A stretch of 32,000 nt of DNA from Candidatus Velamenicoccus archaeovorus (GTDB lineage: Bacteria; Omnitrophota; Gorgyraeia; Velamenicoccales; Velamenicoccaceae). Shown piece by piece: positions 25,826 through 32,000 of this stretch. Position 1 is the stretch's first letter. Each line of letters begins with the position of its first letter. A model generated the notes under the pieces. The model saw only the letters and a program-made list of their open reading frames with translations. It did not search any database and had not been told where the DNA came from. The position numbers and the translations under genes are program-made. Location of the stretch: positions 1,020,001 to 1,052,000 of the forward strand of contig NZ_CP019384.1 in the NCBI RefSeq assembly GCF_004102945.1, written 5' to 3'.

Positions 25826-27883
25826 TCATTTACGCTGGCGCGATGTCTTTCTCGCGGCGATAACCTTATCTCTTCTGTATTGTTCTGCGCCGTCTTCACC
25901 AAAAGTAATTTTCCCCTTATCCTCCCTGAGGCGCTTGATCTCGTCGCGCAAGGCCGCCGCCTCTTCGAATTTGAGGTTCCGCGCCGCCAATTCCATATCA
26001 CGCTGCAATAACGCAAGCAGGGAATCGAATTCGAATTGCTCTTTTTTCTGGCCGGACAGCCTGGCGAGGTATGTTTTGGCCTCTTCTTCCTCTTTCAGGC
26101 TTTCACGGATCTCTTTTTTGATCGAGGCGATGGTGATGCCGTGGCGCTCGTTGAATGCCAGCTGAATACCGCGACGCCTGCGGCTTTCTTTGATGGCATT
26201 CTCCATCGCAGGCGTGACCGTATCGGCATACATGACGACCTCTCCGTGGACATGGCGCGCAGCCCTACCGGCAAGCTGGATCAGCGAAACGTCCGACCGC
26301 AAAAAACCTTCTTTGTCGGCGTCTAAGATAACCACCAGAGACACCTCCGGCAAATCCAAGCCCTCCCTTAGAAGATTTACCCCGACAAGACAATCGTAAT
26401 CTTTTTTACGGAGCCGCCGCAGGATCTCGACGCGCTCGATCGTATCGATCTCCGAATGAAGGTAAGCGACCTTCAGGCCTTTTTCTTCCAGATACTGGCT
26501 CAAATCCTCGGCCATACGCTTGGTCAGCGTTGTCACAAGCACGCGCTCATCCTTTTGGGCGCGTTCCCTCACCAGCCTCTCCAAATCCTCCACCTGCCCG
26601 TTAGTCGGCTTAACGAGGATTTCAGGATCCGGAATGCCCGTCGGACGAATGACCTGTTCGGCAGAAATGCCGCCGGATCTCTTCAATTCATACGGCCCGG
26701 GCGTCGCGGAAACAAAAACCGTCTGCGGCACGAGCGATTCAAATTCATCGAATGTCAGGGGCCGGTTATCCAGGCACGAAGGCAGACGAAAGCCGAAATC
26801 CACCAGGACTTCTTTGCGGGCGCGGTCGCCCTCATACATGCCGCGGACCTGGGGGATCGTCACATGGCTCTCGTCGATGCAGACCAAAAAATCCTTCGGA
26901 AAATAATCAAGAAGGCAATAAGGACGCGAACCGGGCTGACGGAAAGACAGGTGGCGCGAATAATTCTCGATGCCATGGCAGTAGCCGACCACTTTAAGCA
27001 TCTCCAGGTCATATTTTGTCCTCTGCTCCAGCCGCTGCGCCTCCAGAAGTTTATTCTGCCCCCTCAATTCCCTGAGCCTGTCTTCCAGCTCTTTCATGAT
27101 GGAAACCGAGGCCTTTTCAATCGCATCGCCCGCCACAATATAATGTTTGGCCGGATAGATGCCGATCTTCTTTAAATCCGCGATCTTCTTGCCGGAAACG
27201 GGATCGAATTCATAGATCCCGGCAATCGCCTCATCCTCCATTTCCAGACGGACGGCCTTCTCCGTATAAGCGGGATAGACATCCACAACATCGCCTTTTA
27301 CCCTGACCTTCCCCCGGGAAAATTCATAATCGTTACGCTCGTACTGGATGGCCACCAGACGCTTGAGGATATCCTGGCGGCTTGCAGCCTGGCCGACCTC
27401 AAGAAAAAGCATATAGTCGCCGTACTCTCTGGGACTCCCCAGATTGTAAATGCAGGAAACAGAGGCGACCACCAGGACATCCTGGCGGGAAAAAAGCGAT
27501 GTCGTCGAAGATAACCGCAGGCGGTCCAGCCTGTCATTGATCGACGAATCCTTCTCAATATAGGTGTCCGTCGCAGGGATATAGGCTTCCGGCTGATAAT
27601 AATCGTAATAGCTGACGAAATACTCAACCGCATTTTCCGGAAAGAACTCCTTGAACTCAAAATAAAGCTGGGCAGCCAGCGTCTTGTTGTGTGAAATGAC
27701 GAGCGTCGGCTTGTTGATCCGCTCGATGCAATTGGCCATCGTGAACGTCTTGCCCGACCCTGTCACGCCCAGGAGGGTCAGGAATTTTCTCGAGGAATCC
27801 CGCAGGCCGCCTACGAGTTTATCGATCGCCTGGGCCTGATCGCCCGAAGGACGAAAAGGACTTTTGAGTTTAAAATCAGGCAT
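25826..27883 (-). CDS. uvrB: excinuclease ABC subunit B
   Basis: ORF 25826..28027. UvrB homology begins at MPDFKLKSPFRPSGDQAQAI (ATG 27883). Walker A GVTGSGKT, DESH box, C-terminal AARNLKFEEAAALRDEI. The 48 upstream in-frame codons have no UvrB counterpart. Confidence 0.93.
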   Translation of the reverse strand: MPDFKLKSPFRPSGDQAQAIDKLVGGLRDSSRKFLTLLGVTGSGKTFTMANCIERINKPTLVISHNKTLAAQLYFEFKEFFPENAVEYFVSYYDYYQPEAYIPATDTYIEKDSSINDRLDRLRLSSTTSLFSRQDVLVVASVSCIYNLGSPREYGDYMLFLEVGQAASRQDILKRLVAIQYERNDYEFSRGKVRVKGDVVDVYPAYTEKAVRLEMEDEAIAGIYEFDPVSGKKIADLKKIGIYPAKHYIVAGDAIEKASVSIMKELEDRLRELRGQNKLLEAQRLEQRTKYDLEMLKVVGYCHGIENYSRHLSFRQPGSRPYCLLDYFPKDFLVCIDESHVTIPQVRGMYEGDRARKEVLVDFGFRLPSCLDNRPLTFDEFESLVPQTVFVSATPGPYELKRSGGISAEQVIRPTGIPDPEILVKPTNGQVEDLERLVRERAQKDERVLVTTLTKRMAEDLSQYLEEKGLKVAYLHSEIDTIERVEILRRLRKKDYDCLVGVNLLREGLDLPEVSLVVILDADKEGFLRSDVSLIQLAGRAARHVHGEVVMYADTVTPAMENAIKESRRRRGIQLAFNERHGITIASIKKEIRESLKEEEEAKTYLARLSGQKKEQFEFDSLLALLQRDMELAARNLKFEEAAALRDEIKRLREDKGKITFGEDGAEQYRRDKVIAARKTSRQRK

Positions 27884-28313
27884 AGATTCGAGGTTGACGA
27901 AACAGTTGAGGCAGGCCGCTTGAGCAGGAGTCCCCGTCAAACTATGGAGCCCCACGGCTTTACAGCCCTCATCTTCACCGAGAGGCGAGCCGTGGTGCCT
28001 GTCCGCCTTCCAGCGATCGAACGACATCTCATCCGGCCTTCGGCGGGACCTCGCCCGCCGCAGGGTGGCGGGCCGTAGCGCACCTATCCTGCATTTCCGC
28101 CTTTTGGCGAGGCCTCGCCGGCTAAAAGCCGGCGGGCATCCACGGGTTCACACCCGTGGTTTTCCCGCCAGAGGCGGATAAAGCCTGCTTTGAAGGGCGC
28201 GGAATCCCCAAGGACTTAAACTTAGGCGGACCCGCCGATCTGTAGTGGCAGATATCCTCAGCCTACCTAAAAGCCGGGGATTTCCCTGCATGCCGACAGA
28301 CAGGTGCGAAGGG

Positions 28314-28748
28314 TTAAACAGGATCTCCGCCCGGCTGCTCCTTCAGCCGCAAGGCATTCTCGATAGCAACCATCAGCACACCCGTGTCGATCGGCTTCAC
28401 CAAGTAAGAAGTAATTCCCAGCTTGAAAGCCTTGAATTTGTCCGTATCCTTCCACAAGGCCGATGTGATGATGATCGGCGTCTCCTGTCCGATGGGATCA
28501 TCGTTCAATTCCTGGCAGATCTCCAGTCCGCCCATGTGCGGCATCAACAAATCCAGGACAATGACATCCGGCCTGAACGCATGCACATCGGTCATTACAT
28601 CCCTTGGATCGGTAACCCCCTGGACCTCATAAGACCCGCTTCGCTCCAGCAATCTTTTTAAAAACTGGACGATATCCGTATCATCATCGACAAGCAAGAT
28701 CTTCTTTTTATCCAAATCCTCTGCCCCTCCCGGATACCGCCACCTCAT
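28314..28748 (-). CDS. stand-alone response-regulator receiver (CheY-like)
   Basis: 144 aa. Acidic pocket LVDDD, phospho-acceptor D in VIVLDLLMP, IIITS, YLVKP. No output domain. Confidence 0.85.
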   Translation of the reverse strand: MRWRYPGGAEDLDKKKILLVDDDTDIVQFLKRLLERSGSYEVQGVTDPRDVMTDVHAFRPDVIVLDLLMPHMGGLEICQELNDDPIGQETPIIITSALWKDTDKFKAFKLGITSYLVKPIDTGVLMVAIENALRLKEQPGGDPV

Positions 28749-28805
28749 GCTGAACGTTAAATGTATTTCATCCTCCCCGCATCCCGTGCGCCGTCCCGGC
28801 GGCTG

Positions 28806-29213
28806 TTACGCCTCCGTTTTTCGCTCTCCGCAGCTACGCATATTCTTGATAAACCCGCGATCATCATCGGACAGGCGGGTGAACTGCAACCCCACCCTGT
28901 ACATCCCCCTCTGGCCGCAAAGATGATAACACACCTTCCCCTCGGCCTCGATAGGCCTGAAACGGTTATCCTGCTGCGTCATCAGCTCATTGACCAGAAT
29001 GAATTTGTTGGTGATACAGGTGGAAAGGGGGATCTTCTGGTGGGTCAAGAAGGCCATGCCGCCTTCGGACAAATCCAGCATCATCCCGTTGTATGCCGCC
29101 TCAACCGGCAAGGCCCTTGTCTTGACGCCGGAGGCCATTTTGTACATCAGGACATACCCTTGTTTCACCCTCCTGAATTTTCTTCTTTCCTGATCCGGAT
29201 AGGAATGTTCCAT
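28806..29213 (-). CDS. PilZ-domain protein (c-di-GMP receptor type)
   Basis: 135 aa. RRxxxR-type motif ERRKFRRV and D/NxSxxG motif DLSEGG. Confidence 0.8.
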   Translation of the reverse strand: MEHSYPDQERRKFRRVKQGYVLMYKMASGVKTRALPVEAAYNGMMLDLSEGGMAFLTHQKIPLSTCITNKFILVNELMTQQDNRFRPIEAEGKVCYHLCGQRGMYRVGLQFTRLSDDDRGFIKNMRSCGERKTEA

Positions 29214-29215
29214 GG

Positions 29216-30106
29216 CTACCCCTCCCGTGATAGAAGACGCCGTTTGAAACGAACCTTTACGATCTCAAGCGACACGTCCAGCGCGCGCGCCGAATGCGTC
29301 AGCGCGCCCAGAGAGATAAAATCGACGCCCTTGATCGCGTATCCTCGGATATTCTGCGGCCCGATACCTCCCGAAAGCTCCACAAGGGGCCGATGCTCCT
29401 TATCGGGGAATATCTTTTTCAGCAATGCGACAGCCCGGCGTACCTGCAAGGGGGAAAAATTATCCAGCATGACGATATCCGGACGATACACCATGGCTTT
29501 TTTCAGCTCGGACAAGTTCTCGACTTCAATCTCGAAAAGAACCTTCTTTCTGCGCCGTGCAAAAATGTCGAAGCCGCCGATGCTCTTCAAGATCAGGATA
29601 TGGTTATCTTTAACGAGGTATTGATCAGCCAGATTCAGGCGGTGATTCATGCCTCCGCCGGCACAGACGGCATATTTTTCCAGGGAACGCATGAGGGGCG
29701 TGGTCTTGCGCGTATCAAGGATACGGACCCCGGCGCGCCGGACGGCATCGCAGGCCTGGCGCGTCTGCGTAGCAATCCCCGAAAGATAACCGAGGAAATT
29801 CAGGGCCAACCGCTCGCAAGAAAGGACGGAACGCGCCTTGCCGGTGACCGTCATCAACGTCTCGCCCGCCCGAACCACATATCCGTCTGTCTTCAGCAGG
29901 CGCACGGACAATGATGGGTCAAAAACCCTGAAGACCTCTGCTGCAAGCGCCGCACCGCAAACAACCCCCTTCTCCCTGGCGATGATCCTGGCCGTAACGC
30001 GGGCCGAAAAAGGGATAAAATCCAACGTCGTGATATCCTGGTAGGCCGCATCTTCCAGGAGAGCGGCCTTGATCATAAGCGCCACCGAAGGGTCATTGAA
30101 GCGCAC
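29216..30106 (-). CDS. nadC: nicotinate-nucleotide diphosphorylase (carboxylating) / quinolinate phosphoribosyltransferase
   Basis: ORF 29216..30199 (track start TTG, 107 nt inside valS). The GTG at 30106 is preceded by GGAGGAG at 7 nt and gives MRFNDPSVALMIKAALLEDAAYQDITT. MLDNFSP, ELSGGI and ISLGALTHS motifs. Confidence 0.85.
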   Translation of the reverse strand: MRFNDPSVALMIKAALLEDAAYQDITTLDFIPFSARVTARIIAREKGVVCGAALAAEVFRVFDPSLSVRLLKTDGYVVRAGETLMTVTGKARSVLSCERLALNFLGYLSGIATQTRQACDAVRRAGVRILDTRKTTPLMRSLEKYAVCAGGGMNHRLNLADQYLVKDNHILILKSIGGFDIFARRRKKVLFEIEVENLSELKKAMVYRPDIVMLDNFSPLQVRRAVALLKKIFPDKEHRPLVELSGGIGPQNIRGYAIKGVDFISLGALTHSARALDVSLEIVKVRFKRRLLSREG

Positions 30107-32000
30107 GTCGAATCTCCTCCAAGTCGGCCGTCTTTGCCTTGAGCTCCTCAAGTCTTTTACGCTCAGCGGCGACAACTTGCTCCGGCGCCTTCTTGACAAA
30201 CCCCTTGTTCTTCAGAAGCGCCTCTTTGGCTTTGATCTGCTTGTGCCCCTGCGCGATCTCGCCGGCCAAACGTTCTCTCTCCTGCGCGATATCCACCAGG
30301 CCTTCAAGCAGAAGATACAGATGGGCGTCGCGGGCCACAAGCAGGCTCAAAGAATTCTGCGGCGCCGTATCGTCATCCAACCACTCCAGTTCGCTCGCCT
30401 GCGCCAGCTGACAAATGACAGGCGCAGCCGCCAGAAGCGCGGCTCTCTTTTTTGGGGCTGCCCACATGCGCACGCGCACCTTCACCGCAGGGTTCAGCTT
30501 CAACTCATGGCGCCGTTCGCGCAAAAGAAGCACCGCGTCGAAAATAATGCGCATCAATTCGCGCGCCTCCTTATTCTCGAACTTCTTTTCAGGCTGCGGC
30601 CACGGAGCAACGGCAATAGTCTCAAACGAAGAACCTCCAAGCACAGATGAAATCTCATCGGTAATGAACGGCATAAACGGATGCAACAGTAAAAGCGAGA
30701 CCTTGAGGACATGAACCAGAATTTCCTGAGTATTTTTTTCGCAGATCGTCTGCTTGGCCATCTCTACATACCAATCGCAGAATGAATGCCAGAAAAAGGT
30801 GTAGAGCAAATTGACGGCCTCGTGAAAACGAAAAGCATCGACGGCCTTTGTCACACGGCGGATGGTATCGTTGAGTTCGGCAAGGATCCAGAGGTCCTGG
30901 ATGCGGCAGGCGGCCGGGTCAATCCGGCTGCCGTCGACGCCGACGGCCGCATTCATACGGATAAACCTGGAGGCATTCCATATCTTGTTGGCAAAGTTGC
31001 GGCCCTGCTCGAATTTCTCCTTGGAGAGGAAAATATCCGAGGCGCATGCGGAAATAAGGCTGAAACGCAGGGCGTCCGCTCCATACGTCTCGATCACTTC
31101 CAATGGATCGATGCTGTTGCCCAGGGATTTGGACATCTTGCGGCCCTGCGCGTCACGGACCGTCCCATGGATAAAAACATCCTTAAAAGGGATCGACCCC
31201 ATGAAGGCGAAACCCGCCATGATCATCCGCGCCACCCAAAAAAAGATGATCTCCGGCGCCGTCACAAGGACCGATGTCGGATAGAAATACTCCAGCTCTT
31301 TTTTCTGCTCTTCTGTTCTCCGCTTTGCGTCTTCAGACACCTGGTCTGAAAACGGCCACCCGAAGGTCGCAAACGGCCACAACCACGACGAAAACCAGGT
31401 ATCCAACACATCTTCGTCCTGTTTTAAGTCCGTTCCACCGCAATCCGGACACTTTTCAGGCCTGACCCGCGCAACAATAATACCTTTTTGTGTATTTTTT
31501 GAATTTTTTTTGAAATTGGAAATTGGAACTTGGGATTTGCTTCCTGTTTCTGCCATACACCGCTGACAATAATAAACGGGAAGCCGGTGCCCCCACCATA
31601 TCTGGCGCGAGATGCACCAATCCTTGATATTCTCCATCCAGTTGAGATATACCTTGGTCCAACGCTGGGGGGTGAATGCGATCTTGCCCTTCTTGACGGC
31701 GTCGATGGCCGGCTTGGCCAGCGGCTTGGTGCGCACAAACCACTGCTTGGACAAATAGGGTTCTACGATCGTATGGCAACGGTAGCAATGGCCGACAGCG
31801 TGGCGATGGGGTTCGATCTTGACAAGGAGCTTGCGCTCCGTCAAATCCTCGATAATGGCTTCCCTGGCCTCAAAACGGTCCATGCCCGCATAGTCCCCCG
31901 CATGGGCGTTAAGGACCGCATCGGGCTGCATGATATTGATGAATTCCAGCTCATGCGTTTTGCCCATCTGATAATCATTGGGGTCATGGGCCGGCGTTAC
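30093..32000 (-). CDS. valS: valine--tRNA ligase, C-terminal ~635 codons (gene continues past the right window edge)
   Basis: The frame stays open upstream of the track ATG (31967) and reads VTPAHDPNDYQ to position 32000. KMSKS loop RKMSKSLGN. C-terminal coiled-coil tail. Confidence 0.93.
   Translation of the reverse strand, partial: VTPAHDPNDYQMGKTHELEFINIMQPDAVLNAHAGDYAGMDRFEAREAIIEDLTERKLLVKIEPHRHAVGHCYRCHTIVEPYLSKQWFVRTKPLAKPAIDAVKKGKIAFTPQRWTKVYLNWMENIKDWCISRQIWWGHRLPVYYCQRCMAETGSKSQVPISNFKKNSKNTQKGIIVARVRPEKCPDCGGTDLKQDEDVLDTWFSSWLWPFATFGWPFSDQVSEDAKRRTEEQKKELEYFYPTSVLVTAPEIIFFWVARMIMAGFAFMGSIPFKDVFIHGTVRDAQGRKMSKSLGNSIDPLEVIETYGADALRFSLISACASDIFLSKEKFEQGRNFANKIWNASRFIRMNAAVGVDGSRIDPAACRIQDLWILAELNDTIRRVTKAVDAFRFHEAVNLLYTFFWHSFCDWYVEMAKQTICEKNTQEILVHVLKVSLLLLHPFMPFITDEISSVLGGSSFETIAVAPWPQPEKKFENKEARELMRIIFDAVLLLRERRHELKLNPAVKVRVRMWAAPKKRAALLAAAPVICQLAQASELEWLDDDTAPQNSLSLLVARDAHLYLLLEGLVDIAQERERLAGEIAQGHKQIKAKEALLKNKGFVKKAPEQVVAAERKRLEELKAKTADLEEIRRALQ

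Noticed and set aside
25616-26165. ORFs 25616..25804 (minus), 25662..26165 (plus) and 25717..26016 (minus) over the uvrB-birA spacer.
   Set aside because: They translate the GC palindrome and the 77-nt repeat (GQGQGQA, PGLALGLPFGQ), or run antisense into the uvrB 3' end. Not coding.
27884-28027. 48-codon N-terminal extension of uvrB (ATG at 28027). Similar upstream extensions in the track apply to groEL (23204), coaX (24836), phoH (10084), nadC (30199), the 7TM-HD gene (9144), YkgJ (560) and HU (14752).
   Set aside because: Family homology begins at the internal ATG (GTG for nadC) in each case. Apart from uvrB (ATG at 28027), these track starts are GTG/TTG codons. For all except uvrB, the 7TM-HD gene and the ATGA-coupled coaX and YkgJ genes, the internal start also has a properly spaced SD. 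For uvrB the extension remains formally possible and is flagged in the findings.

Overview
This is a 32-kb, moderately GC-rich bacterial chromosome segment. Every credible gene is on the minus strand: 28 CDS, two of them cut by the window edges. The content is core housekeeping in conserved blocks. In order these are valS-nadC, a stand-alone receiver plus PilZ pair, uvrB, birA-coaX (ATGA-coupled), and groES-groEL behind a perfect CIRCE operator. Then come guaB3-guaA, dnaE, an HU/IHF protein, a cold-shock protein, hisS-aspS, a LysM lipoprotein, and phoH / 7TM-HD / ybeY / recO. The left end holds panE, a membrane-anchored coiled-coil/Pro-rich protein, a UvrD-type helicase overlapping a DEDD exonuclease gene, and a cupin / YkgJ / YjbQ trio. 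I found no rRNA, tRNA, CRISPR array, transposase, integrase, toxin or recognisable defence cluster, so I cannot point to a novel protein-coding system here. The unexplained signal is non-coding: almost all of the larger intergenic gaps are built from a shared set of GC-rich hairpin modules. These include a complete 369-bp palindromic element with 25-bp terminal inverted repeats and 45-bp tandem units (6130-6498), and a 646-bp gene-free island of nested modules (10701-11346). They also include a 92-nt structured element shared by the groEL and lipoprotein leaders, and a 77-nt two-tier hairpin present in opposite orientations after aspS and after uvrB. Secondary points are a bacterial-type AspRS lacking the GAD insertion, helicase-exonuclease gene coupling, a basic N-terminal extension on GuaA, and an unusually long structured groES leader and groES-groEL spacer. 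The long plus-strand ORFs in the track are antisense shadows. Several track starts are GTG/TTG codons upstream of the real ATG, and I trimmed those.
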